DNA from: Rhodobacter capsulatus SB 1003
Lineage (GTDB): Bacteria; Pseudomonadota; Alphaproteobacteria; Rhodobacterales; Rhodobacteraceae
Assembly: GCF_000021865.1 (NCBI RefSeq)
Contig: NC_014034.1
Coordinates: 3,690,001-3,722,000 of the forward strand
DNA: 32,000 bases
Direction: 5' to 3'
Shown here one piece after another: positions 6,852-18,119 of the stretch. A program made the translations under genes and the position numbers. Numbering within the stretch: the first letter of the stretch is position 1; each line of letters starts with the position of its first letter. The notes under the pieces are model-generated. The model was not told where the DNA came from. It did no database searches and was given only the letters and a program-made list of their open reading frames with translations.

Positions 6852-8002
6852 ATCAGCGCGCGAATCACCGCATTGAGCACGGCGCGCCCCTGTGCCGTCG
6901 CCCGGATGCGCCCGGCGTCGCGCGCGATCATCCCCATCGCCTCCAGATCGGCCAGGGCCAGCGCGGGCAGCGCCTGCCCCGAGAGGCGTTCGTAACGGGT
7001 CGGGTCGATCCCCTCGGCCAGCCGCAGCCCGAACAGCAGGAATTCGGTCGCCTGTTCCTGCCGCTCAAGCGGTTCTCGCGGCATCTCGCCATTGCCCAGA
7101 CGCTCGACCCGGTCCAGCCAGTCGGCGGGGGCTTTCGGCGCCTCGGTCGCATGACGGACACCGCCCAGCGTCAGCCGCCCATGCGCGCCGGGGCCGATCC
7201 CGGCATAATCGCCATAGCGCCAGTAAACCAGATTGTGCCGACATTCGGCACCGGGCCGGGCATGGTTCGAGACCTCATAGGCGGGCAGCCCGGCCGCATC
7301 ACAGATTTCCTGTGTTTTCAGATACATGTCGGCGGCCAGATCGTCCTCGGGCAGATCCCGCAGCTTGCCCGCCGCGAAAAGCCGCCCGAAGGCGGTGCCA
7401 TCCTCGATCGTCAGCTGGTAAAGCGAGAAGTGATCGACCGCCATCGAGAGCGCCCCGCGCAATTCGCGCGCCCAATCGTCGAGGCCTTGCCCCTGCCGGG
7501 CATAGATCAGATCGAAGCTGACACGGGGAAAATGCGCCCGGGCGATGTCGAACGCCGCCCGCCCCTCGGCCGCGCTATGCATCCGGCCCAGACGGCGCAG
7601 GCTGTCATCGTCCATCGCCTGCATGCCCATGGACAGCCGGGTCACGCCGCCTTGGGCAAAAGCCCGGAACTTGCCCGCATCGATGCTGGTCGGATTGGCC
7701 TCGAGCGTGATTTCCAGATCATTCGCCGTGGGCCAGGTGGCGCGGATCCGGTCAATCACCGCCGCCACCGTCTCGGGCGCCATCAGGGACGGCGTGCCGC
7801 CGCCGAAAAACACCGTATTGAGCACGCGACCCTGCGTTTCGGCACCGATCCGGTCGATTTCCGCCAGGTAAGCCCGCAGCCAGCGGTCGTGATCGATCGC
7901 CGCCGCAACATGGCTGTTGAAGTCGCAATAGGGGCATTTGGCGGCACAAAAGGGCCAGTGGAGGTAAAGGCCAAAGCCCCCGTGCCGCCAGTCGTCACTC
8001 AT
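6845..8002 (-). CDS. hemW: Radical-SAM heme chaperone HemW (HemN-like, 385 aa)
   Basis: Internal ATG of the 484-aa track ORF gives MSDDWRHGGFGLYLHWPFCAAKCPYCDFNSH, with a CxxxCxxC radical-SAM motif and the HemW-type GGGTPS and later motifs. The start overlaps the ridA stop by 4 nt. The upstream 99 codons overlap ridA and are rejected. Confidence 0.9.
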   Translation of the reverse strand: MSDDWRHGGFGLYLHWPFCAAKCPYCDFNSHVAAAIDHDRWLRAYLAEIDRIGAETQGRVLNTVFFGGGTPSLMAPETVAAVIDRIRATWPTANDLEITLEANPTSIDAGKFRAFAQGGVTRLSMGMQAMDDDSLRRLGRMHSAAEGRAAFDIARAHFPRVSFDLIYARQGQGLDDWARELRGALSMAVDHFSLYQLTIEDGTAFGRLFAAGKLRDLPEDDLAADMYLKTQEICDAAGLPAYEVSNHARPGAECRHNLVYWRYGDYAGIGPGAHGRLTLGGVRHATEAPKAPADWLDRVERLGNGEMPREPLERQEQATEFLLFGLRLAEGIDPTRYERLSGQALPALALADLEAMGMIARDAGRIRATAQGRAVLNAVIRALMP

Positions 8003-8379
8003 CCTTTGAAGGCCGTGACTTCGATCTCGATCTTCATCGCCGGGTTCACCAGCCCCGCCACGATCATCGTCGCCGCCGGACGGATCTCGCCGAAGGTCGC
8101 CGACAGCGCCGGGATGATCTCTTCCATATAGGCGGCATCGGTGATGATGTAATTCGCCCGCACGACATTGCTCAGCGAGAAACCCGCGCCTTCCAGCACC
8201 GATTTGATCGTCGCCAGCGTGTTTTGCGCCTGTTCCAGCACGGACTCCGGGAAGGTCTTCGTCACCGGATCGACGCCGGTCGTGCCCGCGACAAAGCACC
8301 AGTCGCCCTGCACCACGGCGCGGGAATAGCCCAGTTTCGGCTCATACGGCGAGCCGCCCGAAATGTTGACACGAGTCAT
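7999..8379 (-). CDS. RidA/YjgF/UK114-family protein (126 aa)
   Basis: YSRAVVQGDWCFVAGTTGVDP...NTLATIKSVLEGAGFSLSNVVRANYIITD...RPAATMIVAGLVNPAMKIEIEVTA is a typical RidA-family fold signature. 4-nt overlaps with both neighbours. Confidence 0.85.
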   Translation of the reverse strand: MTRVNISGGSPYEPKLGYSRAVVQGDWCFVAGTTGVDPVTKTFPESVLEQAQNTLATIKSVLEGAGFSLSNVVRANYIITDAAYMEEIIPALSATFGEIRPAATMIVAGLVNPAMKIEIEVTAFKG

Positions 8380-8987
8380 TTTGCCTCCATGACCTTGACG
8401 AATTTGCGGAACGCATCCGCACGGTGGGAAATCTCGTTCTTCTGCGCGGGGTCCATTTCCGCAAAGGTCACGTCGAACCCCTCGGGCTGGAACATCGGAT
8501 CATAGCCGTGCCCCTGCGCGCCGCGCATCGGCCAGACCAATTGCCCCTCGGCGCTTCCCTCGAACACCTCGTCATGCCCGTCGGGCCAGGCCAGAACGAG
8601 GGTCGAACGGAACCGGGCCCTGCGCGGAAAGGGGGCATTCTTCGCCTCGCATTCGGCCCAGGTCCGGGTCATCGCCTGCACGAAATCGCGGCCGTTCGGC
8701 GTTTCCGCCCAATCGGCGGTGTAAACGCCCGGGGCGCCATCCAGCGCGTCAACCTCGATGCCGCTGTCGTCAGACAGCGCGGGCAGGCCGGTGGCCTTGG
8801 CCGCCGCATGCGCCTTGATCCGGGCATTGCCGACAAAGGTGGTTTCGGTCTCGGCCGGTTCGGGCAGGTTCATCTCGGCGGCACCGACGACCTCGACCCC
8901 GTAAGGGGCCAGAAGATCGCGCATTTCCGCGAGCTTGCCCTTGTTGTGGGTCGCCACCAGCAGACGCTTTTCGGTGAAAGCCCTCAT
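8376..8987 (-). CDS. rdgB: Non-canonical purine NTP pyrophosphatase RdgB (dITP/XTPase, 203 aa)
   Basis: Internal ATG of the 314-aa track ORF gives [26 protein letters not shown]...FVGNARIKA...[23 protein letters not shown]...[10 protein letters not shown]...[17 protein letters not shown], the Ham1/RdgB signature. The start overlaps the rph stop by 4 nt. Confidence 0.9.
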   Translation of the reverse strand: MRAFTEKRLLVATHNKGKLAEMRDLLAPYGVEVVGAAEMNLPEPAETETTFVGNARIKAHAAAKATGLPALSDDSGIEVDALDGAPGVYTADWAETPNGRDFVQAMTRTWAECEAKNAPFPRRARFRSTLVLAWPDGHDEVFEGSAEGQLVWPMRGAQGHGYDPMFQPEGFDVTFAEMDPAQKNEISHRADAFRKFVKVMEAK

Positions 8988-9697
8988 GCGATCGCCGCCT
9001 TTTGCGCCGCGACGAGCTGCGCCACCCCGGCCTCGGCCAGATCGAGCAATTTCGTCATCTCTTCGCGCGAGAAGGTCGAGCCCTCGGCGGTCATCTGCAC
9101 CTCGACCAGACGGCCGCGCCCGGTCAGGATGAAGTTGCCGTCCACGCCGGCCTCGCTGTCCTCGGCGTAATCCAGATCGGCGATCGGCTGACCGGCATAG
9201 ATGCCGCAGGAAATCGCCGCGACATGATCGATGATCGGGTCCGACACGATCAGCCCCGATTTCAGCAGCTTGTTCACGGCGAGACGCAGCGCCACCCAAC
9301 CGCCGGTGATCGAGGCGCAACGGGTGCCGCCATCGGCCTGCAGCACGTCACAATCCACCACGATCTGCCGCTCGCCCAGCGCGGAGCGGTCGATCCCCGC
9401 CCGCAAGGCGCGGCCGATCAGACGCTGGATTTCCTGCGTGCGGCCCGATTGCTTGCCCGCCGCCGCCTCGCGGCGGTTGCGCGAATTCGTCGCGCGCGGC
9501 AGCATCCCGTATTCCGCCGTCACCCAGCCAAGGCCCGAGCCCTTGAGGAACGAGGGCGCCTTGTCCTCGATCGTCGCGGTGCACAGAACATGGGTGTCCC
9601 CCATCTTGATCAGCACCGAGCCTTCGGCATGTTTCGTCACGCCGGTTTCGATGGAAATGGAACGGATATCGGCAAGATTGCGGCCAGAGGGGCGCAT
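8984..9697 (-). CDS. rph: Ribonuclease PH (237 aa)
   Basis: Internal ATG of the 504-aa track ORF gives [41 protein letters not shown]...[40 protein letters not shown]...[19 protein letters not shown], canonical RNase PH. Confidence 0.95.
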   Translation of the reverse strand: MRPSGRNLADIRSISIETGVTKHAEGSVLIKMGDTHVLCTATIEDKAPSFLKGSGLGWVTAEYGMLPRATNSRNRREAAAGKQSGRTQEIQRLIGRALRAGIDRSALGERQIVVDCDVLQADGGTRCASITGGWVALRLAVNKLLKSGLIVSDPIIDHVAAISCGIYAGQPIADLDYAEDSEAGVDGNFILTGRGRLVEVQMTAEGSTFSREEMTKLLDLAEAGVAQLVAAQKAAIA

Positions 9698-9808
9698 GGG
9701 CTGTCCTTTCGCTGGATTTGACCCCATTTGAAACGGCAGAAGACCCGATGCAACCCCGAAGGCACGATTGACGGAAAAGCTTTCCCCGCAATAATGCAAA
9801 GCGTGGCC

Positions 9809-10870
9809 ATGACGAACCAGAACCAGTTGATCTCGGACTTGAACGACCGCTCCCGCGAGGTGTTTCGCCGGGTGGTCGAGGGCTATCTGGAAACCGGCGA
9901 TCCCGTGGGGTCGCGCACGCTGACCCGGCTGATGAGCGAAAAGCTCTCGGCGGCGACGATCCGCAACGTGATGCAGGATCTGGAATATCTGGGTCTGCTT
10001 GGCAGCCCGCATGTCTCGGCCGGGCGGGTGCCGACGCAGATGGGGCTGCGGATGTTCGTCGATGGTTTCATGGAGGTGAGCGAGGTTCAGGCGACCGACC
10101 GCGCCGCGCTTGAAGCCACGGTGGGCGCGGCGGAACCTGACGTGGGATCGCTGCTCGACCGGGTGGGCTCGGCGCTCTCGGGGCTGACGCATGGGGCCAG
10201 CCTGGTGCTGGCGCCGAAGACCGAGGCGCCGATCCGGCATATCGAATTCGTCTCGCTGGCGCCGGACCGGGCCCTGGTCGTGCTGGTGATGGCCGATGGC
10301 CAGGTGGAAAACCGCGTCTTCACGCCCCCCGCCGGGCAGACGCCCTCCTCGATGCGCGAGGCGGCGAATTTTCTCAATGCGCTGGCCGAGGGCAAGACGC
10401 TCTCCGATCTGCGCCGCGAAATCGCCGTGGAGATTGCCGCAAGGCGGCAGGAACTGGATGCGCTGGCCGCCGAAATGGTCGAAAGCGGGCTGGCGCAATG
10501 GGCCGATCAGGGCGAACCGTGGGAGCGGCTGATCGTCCGCGGCCGGTCGAATCTGCTGGAGCCCGAGGGCGATCTGGACCGGATCCGGACGCTTTTCGAC
10601 GATCTGGAACGCAAACGCGACATCGCCGAATTCCTCGATCTGACCGAGGACGGCGAAGGCGTGCGCATTTTTATCGGGTCGGAGAACAAACTCTTCTCAC
10701 TTTCGGGTTCCTCTTTGGTGGTCTCTCCCTATATGAACGCGGATCGAAAGATCATCGGCGCGGTGGGGGTCATCGGCCCCACCCGGCTCAACTACGGGCG
10801 GATCGTGCCGATCGTGGATTATACGGCGCAACTGGTCGGGCGGATGCTGGCCGGCCGGGGCAAAGGGTGA
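9809..10870 (+). CDS. hrcA: Heat-inducible transcription repressor HrcA (353 aa)
   Basis: [38 protein letters not shown]...[25 protein letters not shown] is the canonical HrcA N-terminus. An in-frame ATG at 9794 is an alternative start; neither has a strong SD. Confidence 0.9.
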   Translation: MTNQNQLISDLNDRSREVFRRVVEGYLETGDPVGSRTLTRLMSEKLSAATIRNVMQDLEYLGLLGSPHVSAGRVPTQMGLRMFVDGFMEVSEVQATDRAALEATVGAAEPDVGSLLDRVGSALSGLTHGASLVLAPKTEAPIRHIEFVSLAPDRALVVLVMADGQVENRVFTPPAGQTPSSMREAANFLNALAEGKTLSDLRREIAVEIAARRQELDALAAEMVESGLAQWADQGEPWERLIVRGRSNLLEPEGDLDRIRTLFDDLERKRDIAEFLDLTEDGEGVRIFIGSENKLFSLSGSSLVVSPYMNADRKIIGAVGVIGPTRLNYGRIVPIVDYTAQLVGRMLAGRGKG

Positions 10871-10874
10871 ACGG

Positions 10875-11423
10875 ATGACCGAGAAGAAGGACGAAATGGC
10901 AGAGGATCAGGCGCATCTGGACGAGGCGCTGGCCGCGGCTTTGGGCGACGAGCAGGACGAGCTGGAAATGCTGCGCGCCGAACGCGACGAGCTGCGCGAC
11001 CGCTTCATGCGGGCGCTGGCCGATGCCGAAAACGCGCGCAAGCGGGCGGACCGCGACCGGCGCGAGGCCGAGCAATATGGCGGCTCGAAACTGTCGCGCG
11101 ACATGCTGCCGGTGTTCGATGCGCTCAAGCGTGCGCTGGATGCGGCGGGCGAAGAGGTCCGCGCGGCGGCGCCCGCGCTGATCGAAGGGGTCGAGCTGAC
11201 CCAACGCGAGCTGCTGAACGTCTTCGCGCGGCACGGGATCGTTGCGATCCAGCCGAAGGTGGGCGACAAGTTCGACCCGCTGCTGCATGAAGCGATGTTC
11301 GAGGCGCCGCTGCCGGGCACGGTGGCGGGTGACATCATTCAGGTGATGGACGACGGCTTCCTGCTGCACGACCGTCTGCTGCGTCCGGCGAAAGTCGGCG
11401 TGAGTTCGATGCCGAAAGCCTGA
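10875..11423 (+). CDS. grpE: Nucleotide exchange factor GrpE (182 aa)
   Basis: LRDRFMRALADAENARKRADRDRREAEQYGGSKLSRDMLPVFDAL...GIVAIQPKVGDKFDPLLHEAM is the GrpE signature. Starts 4 nt after the hrcA stop. Confidence 0.95.
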   Translation: MTEKKDEMAEDQAHLDEALAAALGDEQDELEMLRAERDELRDRFMRALADAENARKRADRDRREAEQYGGSKLSRDMLPVFDALKRALDAAGEEVRAAAPALIEGVELTQRELLNVFARHGIVAIQPKVGDKFDPLLHEAMFEAPLPGTVAGDIIQVMDDGFLLHDRLLRPAKVGVSSMPKA

Positions 11424-11471
11424 GGCAGGCCGGGCCCCCGGACCCCCAGGATATTTTCAGCAAGATAAAGA

Positions 11472-14111
11472 TCAGTCTTTCAGAAGGGCGCGCAGGGCGT
11501 AAAGCGCGTCCATCGCTTCGCGGGGCGTCATCTCGTCGGGGTGCAGGCCGCGCAGCTGCTCCTCGACCGCGGATTTCGCCGGCGGGGCGGCGGGCGCGGG
11601 CGGCGGGGCCAGCGCGAAAAGCGGCAGATCGTCGATGATCGCCTGTTTCTTGCCGCCCTCGCGTTCGCCCTTTTCCAGCGCATCCAGCACCACGCGGGCG
11701 CGGGCGACGACGCTTTCGGGCAGGCCCGCCAGTTTCGCCACCTGCACGCCATAGGACCGGTCGGCCGCGCCTTTCTTCACCTCGTGCAGGAAGATCACCT
11801 CGCCGTGCCATTCCTTGACCGCGACGGTGGCGTTTTCGACGCCGTCCAGCTTGGCCGAAAGCGCGGTCATTTCATGGTAATGGGTGGCGAAAAGCGCGCG
11901 GCAGCGGTTCACCCCGTGCAGATGTTCCAGCACCGCCCAGGCGATCGAGAGCCCGTCATAAGTCGCGGTGCCGCGGCCGATTTCATCGAGAATCACCAGC
12001 GCCCGGTCATCGGCCTGATTGAGGATGGCGGCGGTTTCGACCATCTCGACCATGAAGGTCGACCGGCCGCGCGCCAGATCGTCGGCGGCACCGACGCGGC
12101 TGAAAAGCTGGCTGACAAGGCCGATATGGGCACGCCGGGCGGGGACGAAACTGCCCGCCTGCGCCAGCAGCGCGATCAGCGCATTCTGCCGCAGGAAGGT
12201 CGATTTGCCTGCCATGTTCGGCCCCGTCAGCAGCCAGATCGCCGGGGTGGCGCCAGAGGTCAGGGCGCAATCATTCGCGATGAAGGGCTCGCCCTGCCGT
12301 TTCAGCGCGGCTTCCACAACGGGATGACGGCCGCCCTCGATCTCGAAGGCGTGGCTTTGATCGACCATGGGTTCGACCCAATCCTCGGCGGCGGCCAGAT
12401 CGGCGAAGGCGGCGGTCAGGTCGATCTCGGCCAGCGCCCGGGCGGTTTCGGAAATCGGCCCGGCGGCGGCCAGAATCGCGCCTTTCAGGCTGTCATAGAG
12501 CCGCTTTTCGATTTCAAGCGCGTGGTTGCCCGCGTTCAGGATCCGGGTTTCCAGCTCGCTCAGGTCAAGCGTGGTGAAGCGGACCTGATTGGCCGTCGTC
12601 TGCCGGTGGATGAAGCGCGCCGAAAGTGGCGGGGCCAGCATCTTTTCCGCATGGGTCGAGGTGGTCTCGATGAAATAGCCCAGCACATTGTTGTGCTTGA
12701 TCTTCAGCGAAGAAATCCCCGTTTCGGTGATGTAATCGGCCTGCATCCGGGCGATGACGCCGCGGCCTTCGTCGCGCAGCTGCCGGGTGTCATCGAGTTC
12801 CGGCTCGTAGCCCGTCGCGATGAAGCCGCCATCGCGGGCGAGAAGCGGCGGTTCCGCGACCAAGGCGGCATCAAGCAGCGCCACAAGGTCGTCGTGACCC
12901 AGAAGCCGCGCCCCGGCCTCGGCCAGAAGCGCGGGGGCTTCGGTCGCGGCCAGACGCTCGGCGATGCGGCCCGCCTGTTCCAGCCCGTTGCGGATCGCGG
13001 CCAGATCGCGGGGGCCGCCGCGGTCGAGCGCAAGGCGGCTGAGCGCCCGGTCGATGTCGGGGCAGCGCCGCAGGGCATCGCGCAGATCTTCGGCAAATCG
13101 ACCCTGTTCCAGCAGAAACCGCACCGCATCATGCCGCGCGTGGATCTGCGCCAGATCGCGCGAGGGGGCCGAAATCCGCCGTTCCAGAAGCCGCGCCCCC
13201 GCCGCCGTCACGGTGCGGTCGATCGCGGCCAGAAGCGAGCCCTCGCGCCCGCCCGACAGCGCCTGCGTCAGTTCCAGATTGCGCCGGGTCGCGGCGTCGA
13301 TCTGCACCAGACTGCCCGCCTCCTCGCGCAGGGGCCGCGCCAGAAGCGGCAGTTTCCCCCGCTGCGTCAGATCAAGATAATCGACCAAGGCGCCCATCGC
13401 AGAGATTTCCGCCCGCGAAAACGCCCCGAAGGCATCCAAAGACCCAACGGCAAAGAGATCACAGAGCCGCTTTTCCGCGCCCTGACTGTCGAAACTCGAC
13501 CGCGCCAAGGGGGTCAGGGAGGCCCGCAGATCAGAGACTATTCCGGCACAATCGGCCTCTTTCGCCTCGCTCACCAGCACTTCGCGCGGGGCCAGCCGCG
13601 CCAGCTCGGGCCCCAGACGCGCAAGCGGACAGGGCATCACCCGGAACTCGCCCGTGGAAATATCGGCCCAAGCCAAGGCACCCTCGTCGCGCAGCTCGGC
13701 CCAGGCGGCCAGGTAGTTGTGACGCCGCGCTTCCAGCAGGCTTTCCTCGGTCAGCGTTCCGGGCGTGACGAGCCGCACCACATCGCGCCGCACCACCGAT
13801 TTCGAGCCGCGCTTTTTCGCCTCGGCCGGATCTTCCAGCTGCTCGGCGATCGCCACGCGGAAGCCCTTGCGGATCAGCGTCAGAAGATAGCCCTCGGCGG
13901 CAAGGATCGGCACGCCGCACATCGGGATTTCCTCGCCCAGATGCAGGCCGCGTTTGGTCAGCGCGATATCCAGCGCCGCCGCCGCCGCCACGGCATCGTC
14001 AAAGAACATCTCGTAGAAATCGCCCATCCGGTAGAACAGCAGCGCCCCCGGGTTCGCCTGCTTGATCGCCAGATATTGCGCCATCATCGGCGTCACGGTT
14101 TCGCTTGTCAT
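11472..14111 (-). CDS. mutS: DNA mismatch repair protein MutS (879 aa)
   Basis: Downstream part of the 1658-aa track ORF. ATG at 14111 gives [40 protein letters not shown], the canonical MutS start. Walker A is [16 protein letters not shown], followed by TFMVEM and DEIGRGT motifs. Confidence 0.95.
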   Translation of the reverse strand: MTSETVTPMMAQYLAIKQANPGALLFYRMGDFYEMFFDDAVAAAAALDIALTKRGLHLGEEIPMCGVPILAAEGYLLTLIRKGFRVAIAEQLEDPAEAKKRGSKSVVRRDVVRLVTPGTLTEESLLEARRHNYLAAWAELRDEGALAWADISTGEFRVMPCPLARLGPELARLAPREVLVSEAKEADCAGIVSDLRASLTPLARSSFDSQGAEKRLCDLFAVGSLDAFGAFSRAEISAMGALVDYLDLTQRGKLPLLARPLREEAGSLVQIDAATRRNLELTQALSGGREGSLLAAIDRTVTAAGARLLERRISAPSRDLAQIHARHDAVRFLLEQGRFAEDLRDALRRCPDIDRALSRLALDRGGPRDLAAIRNGLEQAGRIAERLAATEAPALLAEAGARLLGHDDLVALLDAALVAEPPLLARDGGFIATGYEPELDDTRQLRDEGRGVIARMQADYITETGISSLKIKHNNVLGYFIETTSTHAEKMLAPPLSARFIHRQTTANQVRFTTLDLSELETRILNAGNHALEIEKRLYDSLKGAILAAAGPISETARALAEIDLTAAFADLAAAEDWVEPMVDQSHAFEIEGGRHPVVEAALKRQGEPFIANDCALTSGATPAIWLLTGPNMAGKSTFLRQNALIALLAQAGSFVPARRAHIGLVSQLFSRVGAADDLARGRSTFMVEMVETAAILNQADDRALVILDEIGRGTATYDGLSIAWAVLEHLHGVNRCRALFATHYHEMTALSAKLDGVENATVAVKEWHGEVIFLHEVKKGAADRSYGVQVAKLAGLPESVVARARVVLDALEKGEREGGKKQAIIDDLPLFALAPPPAPAAPPAKSAVEEQLRGLHPDEMTPREAMDALYALRALLKD

Positions 14112-14222
14112 GGTTTCCCCCTGCCGCGCGCAACTTATTAAACGCCGCACCCCCGTGCAAACCGATTGAGGCAGCGCCGCAAGGGGGATAAGGAAAAAGC
14201 GCCCACTGGAGGAGTCTGGCCC

Positions 14223-16490
14223 ATGTCCACCAAGAACCGCGTCACGCCCGAAGAGGCGCTGGCCTATCACCTCGACCCCGTGCCGGGGAAATATGAGGTC
14301 GTCGCCTCGAAGCCGATGACCACGCAGAGGGATCTGAGCCTGGCCTATTCCCCCGGCGTTGCGGTTCCGGTCGAAGCCATCGCCGAACGCCCCGAGACCG
14401 CCTATGACTACACCAACAAGGGCAACATGGTGGCGGTGATCTCGAACGGCACGGCGATCCTGGGTCTGGGCAACCTTGGCGCGCTGGCCAGCAAGCCGGT
14501 GATGGAAGGCAAGGCGGTGCTGTTCAAGCGCTTTGCCGACGTGAACGCGATCGACATCGAACTGGCCACCGAAGACCCGGAAGAAATCATCAAGGCGGTC
14601 AGCCTGATGGGCCCGACCTTCGGCGGCATCAACCTTGAGGACATCAAGGCCCCCGAATGCTTCATCATCGAGCAGCGGCTGAAAGAGATGATGGACATTC
14701 CGGTGTTCCATGACGACCAGCACGGCACGGCGGTGATCTGCGCGGCGGGGCTGCTCAATGCGCTCGAAATCTCGGGCAAGAAGATCGAAGACTGCAAGAT
14801 CGTGCTGAACGGCGCGGGGGCGGCGGGGATCGCCTGCCTCGAGCTGATCAAGACCATGGGCGCCAAGCATGACAATTGCATCATGTGCGACACCAAGGGC
14901 GTGATCTGGCAGGGCCGGACCGAGGGCATGAACCAGTGGAAATCGGCCCATGCGGCCAATACCGAGGCGCGCACGCTGGAAGAGGCGATGCGGGGCGCCG
15001 ATGTGTTCCTCGGCGTTTCGGCCAAGGGCGCGGTGACGCCGGAGATGGTTGCCTCGATGGCCGACAATCCGGTGATCTTCGCGATGGCGAACCCGGACCC
15101 GGAAATCACCCCCGAGGAAGCGCATTCGGTCCGCCCCGATGCGATCGTCGCCACCGGCCGGTCGGATTATCCGAACCAGGTCAACAACGTGCTGGGCTTC
15201 CCCTATCTCTTCCGCGGTGCCTTGGACATTCATGCCCGCGCGATCAATGACGAGATGAAGATCGCCTGTGCCAAGGCGCTGGCGGCGCTGGCGCGCGAGG
15301 ACGTGCCGGACGAGGTCGCGATGGCTTACGGCCGCAAGCTGACCTTCGGGCGCGATTACATCATTCCGACGCCCTTTGACCCGCGGCTGATCTATCTGAT
15401 CCCGCCCGCCGTGGCCAAGGCCGGGATGGATACCGGGGTTGCCCGCCGTCCGATCATAGACATGGAGGGCTATGCGCAAAGTCTGAAGGCGCGGATGGAC
15501 CCGACCGCCTCGATCCTGCAGGGCATCCATGCCCGGGCGCGGCAGGCGCAGGCGCGGATGATCTTTGCCGAGGGCGACGATCCGCGGGTGCTGCGCGCGG
15601 CCGTCGCCTATCAGCGCGGCGGCATGGGCACGGCGCTGGTCGTGGGGCGCGAGTCGCATGTCAAGGAACAGCTCGAAGCCGCCGGGATCGGCGATGCCTT
15701 CCGCGAATTGCAGATCGTCAATTCGACGAATTGCAAGCACATGGATACCTACAAGGATTTCCTCTATCGCCGTCTGCAGAGGCAAGGGATGGACCGGGAA
15801 GATGCGCACAAGCTCGCCACCCGGGACCGGCATGTCTTTGCCGCGCTGATGCTGGTGCATGGGCACGGCGACGGCATGATCACCGGGGCCACCCGGAAAT
15901 CGGCGCATGTGCTGGAACTGATCAACAAGGTGATCGATGCCAAGCCCTCGGATGGGGCGGTGGGGATCACCGCGCTGTTGCACAAGGGCAAGGTCGTCTT
16001 CATCGGCGATACGCTGGTGCATGAATGGCCCGATGAAAACGATCTGGCCGATATCGCCATGGCCGGGGCGCGGGTGGCGCGGGGCTTGGGCATCGATCCG
16101 CGGGTCGCCTTCGCCTCGTTCTCGACTTTCGGGTATCCGGTGTCGGAACGCGCGATGAAGATGCATGTGGCGCCGCAGGTGCTGGATGAACGTGGCGTCG
16201 ATTTCGAATATGACGGCGAGATGGCCGTCGATGTCGCGCTGAACCCCGAGATGATGAAGCATTATCCGTTCTGCCGTCTGACCGGGCCCGCGAATATCCT
16301 GGTGGTGCCCGCGCGGCATTCGGCCTCGATCTCGGTGAAGCTGATGCAGGAAATGGCGGGGGCGACGGTGATCGGCCCGATCCTGACCGGCATTCAGCAT
16401 TCTGTGCAGATCTGTTCGAATCGTGCCACAGTGAACGACATCCTGCATATGGCGGCTCTCTCGGCCAGCCGTCTGGGGCTGAAACGCTGA
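14223..16490 (+). CDS. maeB: NADP-dependent malic enzyme, MaeB type with C-terminal phosphotransacetylase-like domain (755 aa)
   Basis: Starts at [16 protein letters not shown] behind GGAGGAG. Motifs: [51 protein letters not shown], then a PTA-like C-terminal half. Confidence 0.9.
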   Translation: MSTKNRVTPEEALAYHLDPVPGKYEVVASKPMTTQRDLSLAYSPGVAVPVEAIAERPETAYDYTNKGNMVAVISNGTAILGLGNLGALASKPVMEGKAVLFKRFADVNAIDIELATEDPEEIIKAVSLMGPTFGGINLEDIKAPECFIIEQRLKEMMDIPVFHDDQHGTAVICAAGLLNALEISGKKIEDCKIVLNGAGAAGIACLELIKTMGAKHDNCIMCDTKGVIWQGRTEGMNQWKSAHAANTEARTLEEAMRGADVFLGVSAKGAVTPEMVASMADNPVIFAMANPDPEITPEEAHSVRPDAIVATGRSDYPNQVNNVLGFPYLFRGALDIHARAINDEMKIACAKALAALAREDVPDEVAMAYGRKLTFGRDYIIPTPFDPRLIYLIPPAVAKAGMDTGVARRPIIDMEGYAQSLKARMDPTASILQGIHARARQAQARMIFAEGDDPRVLRAAVAYQRGGMGTALVVGRESHVKEQLEAAGIGDAFRELQIVNSTNCKHMDTYKDFLYRRLQRQGMDREDAHKLATRDRHVFAALMLVHGHGDGMITGATRKSAHVLELINKVIDAKPSDGAVGITALLHKGKVVFIGDTLVHEWPDENDLADIAMAGARVARGLGIDPRVAFASFSTFGYPVSERAMKMHVAPQVLDERGVDFEYDGEMAVDVALNPEMMKHYPFCRLTGPANILVVPARHSASISVKLMQEMAGATVIGPILTGIQHSVQICSNRATVNDILHMAALSASRLGLKR

Positions 16491-16498
16491 GAACCCCT

Positions 16499-16522
16499 CC
16501 GGGCCGGGGCGTCTCGGCCCGG
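16499..16522 (+). terminator. GC-only hairpin CCGGGCCG-N8-CGGCCCGG between maeB and rbsK (no U-tract)
   Basis: 8-bp perfect stem read from the sequence, 9 nt after the maeB stop. It is followed by GTCAAGAC rather than a T-run, so it could equally be an RNA-stability or attenuation element rather than an intrinsic terminator. Confidence 0.3.
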
Positions 16523-16544
16523 GTCAAGACCCCGGAGAAGACCC

Positions 16545-17423
16545 ATGACCATCTTCAACCTCGGCTCGATCAATGCCGACCACTTTTACCGCCTGCCGCA
16601 TCTGACCCTTGCGGGGGAAACGCTGGCCGCGACCGGTTATGACCGGGGGCTGGGCGGCAAGGGGGCGAACCAGTCGGTGGCGGCGGCGCGGGCCGGGGCG
16701 GTGGTGCGCCACATCGGCGCGACCGGGGCCGATGGCGCCTGGATGCGGGCGGAACTTGCCGCCGATGGCGTCGATTGCGCCCATGTGGCCGAGGTCGATC
16801 TGGCCTCGGGCCATGCGATCATCATGGTCGATGCCGCGGGGGAAAATTCGATCGTGCTTTTCCCGGGGGCAAACCGGGCGGTGCCGCCGACGGCGGTCGA
16901 GACCGCGCTGGCCGGGGCCGCGGCGGGCGACTGGATGCTGATGCAGAACGAGACCTCGGCCCAGATCGAGGCGGTCGCTCTGGCGAAAGCCCGCGGTGTC
17001 AAGGTCGCCTATTCCGCCGCGCCGTTCGAGGCGGAAGCGGTGCGCAAGGTGCTGGCCGATCTCGATCTTCTGCTTCTGAACGCGGTCGAGGCGGCGCAGC
17101 TGTGCGAGGCGCTCGGCACGACGCTCGAGGCCCTGCCGGTGCCAGCAGTCTGCGTGACCCATGGTGCCAAGGGGGCGGTCTGGCATGATCTGGCGGGGAA
17201 AACCGCGCAGGAACAACCGGCCTTCAAGGTCACGCCCGTCGACACCACCGCCGCGGGGGATACGTTCGCGGGCTATCTGGTCGCCGGTCTGGCCGAGGGG
17301 ATGACGCCGCCCGAAGCCTTGCGGCTGGCCGCCGGGGCCTCGGCGCTGAAAGTGACGCGGGCCGGAACGGCCGCCGCCATCCCGACCCGCGCCGAGGTCG
17401 ATGTCTTTCTGCAAGACCGCTGA
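16545..17423 (+). CDS. rbsK: Ribokinase (PfkB family, 292 aa)
   Basis: GSINADHFYRLPHL...GGKGANQSVAAARAG and the C-terminal DTTAAGDTFAGYLVAGL anion-hole/ATP motif are typical of RbsK. Confidence 0.85.
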   Translation: MTIFNLGSINADHFYRLPHLTLAGETLAATGYDRGLGGKGANQSVAAARAGAVVRHIGATGADGAWMRAELAADGVDCAHVAEVDLASGHAIIMVDAAGENSIVLFPGANRAVPPTAVETALAGAAAGDWMLMQNETSAQIEAVALAKARGVKVAYSAAPFEAEAVRKVLADLDLLLLNAVEAAQLCEALGTTLEALPVPAVCVTHGAKGAVWHDLAGKTAQEQPAFKVTPVDTTAAGDTFAGYLVAGLAEGMTPPEALRLAAGASALKVTRAGTAAAIPTRAEVDVFLQDR

Positions 17424-18116
17424 TCAGCCCAGGCTGTAGCCGGTTCCGCGCACGGTGCGCACGGGATCGGCGCCGCCATTCACCATCAGCGCCTTGCGCA
17501 GCCGCCCCACATGCACGTCGATGGTGCGGGTGTCGACATAGATGTCGCGCCCCCAGACCCGGTCGAGCAGCTGATCGCGCGTCCAGACCCGGCCCGGCTT
17601 TTCCATCAGCGTCGACAGAAGCCGGAACTCGGTCGGACCCAGTTTCAGCGGCTGACCGTCGCGGAAAACCCGGTGCTCGGCGGCATCGAGAATGATGTCG
17701 TCGAAGACCAGCCGCTCGCCCATCGTGGCCGGGCGCGTCCGGCGCAGCTGCGTGCGCAGCCGGGCCATCAGCTCGACCACCGAATAGGGCTTCACCACGT
17801 AATCATCGGCGCCGGTTTCCAGCCCCCGCACCCGGTCGCTTTCCTCGGACCGGGCCGAAAGCATGATGATCGGGATCGAGCGGGTTTCCGGATTGGCCTT
17901 GACCCGGCGGCAGATCTCGATGCCCGAGACATTCGGCAACATCCAGTCGAGCACGACAAGATCGGGCTTTTCCTCGCGCAGGAACAACAGCGCCTCGTCG
18001 CCGTTCACTGCCATCACCACCCGGAAGCCCTCGGCCTCCAGGTTGTATTGCAGAACTTCGCGTTGCGCCGATTCGTCCTCGACCACCAGCACACAGGGCT
18101 GTTGCGCAGGACTCAT
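17424..18116 (-). CDS. phoB: Phosphate regulon response regulator PhoB (230 aa)
   Basis: Receiver domain VLVVEDE...DLVVLDWMLP...KP, plus an OmpR/PhoB winged-helix (LGPTEFRLL...VWGRDIYVDTRTIDVHVGRLRKAL...VRGTGYSL). Lies immediately downstream of phoU. Confidence 0.95.
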   Translation of the reverse strand: MSPAQQPCVLVVEDESAQREVLQYNLEAEGFRVVMAVNGDEALLFLREEKPDLVVLDWMLPNVSGIEICRRVKANPETRSIPIIMLSARSEESDRVRGLETGADDYVVKPYSVVELMARLRTQLRRTRPATMGERLVFDDIILDAAEHRVFRDGQPLKLGPTEFRLLSTLMEKPGRVWTRDQLLDRVWGRDIYVDTRTIDVHVGRLRKALMVNGGADPVRTVRGTGYSLG

Positions 18117-18119
18117 CGA

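Noticed and set aside
9698-9808. CIRCE operator (TTAGCACTC-N9-GAGTGCTAA) expected near hrcA.
   Set aside because: No such inverted repeat is present in the rph-hrcA intergenic region. In alphaproteobacteria CIRCE typically sits upstream of groESL rather than hrcA.
14112-16448. Upstream two-fifths of the 1658-aa minus-strand ORF (11472-16448), which would make a giant MutS fusion.
   Set aside because: The translation is His/Arg/Gly/Pro-rich low-complexity sequence with no family resemblance. It lies exactly antisense to the well-supported maeB gene. The canonical MutS N-terminus ([14 protein letters not shown]) begins at the internal ATG at 14111. Long stop-free antisense frames are expected with high GC3.
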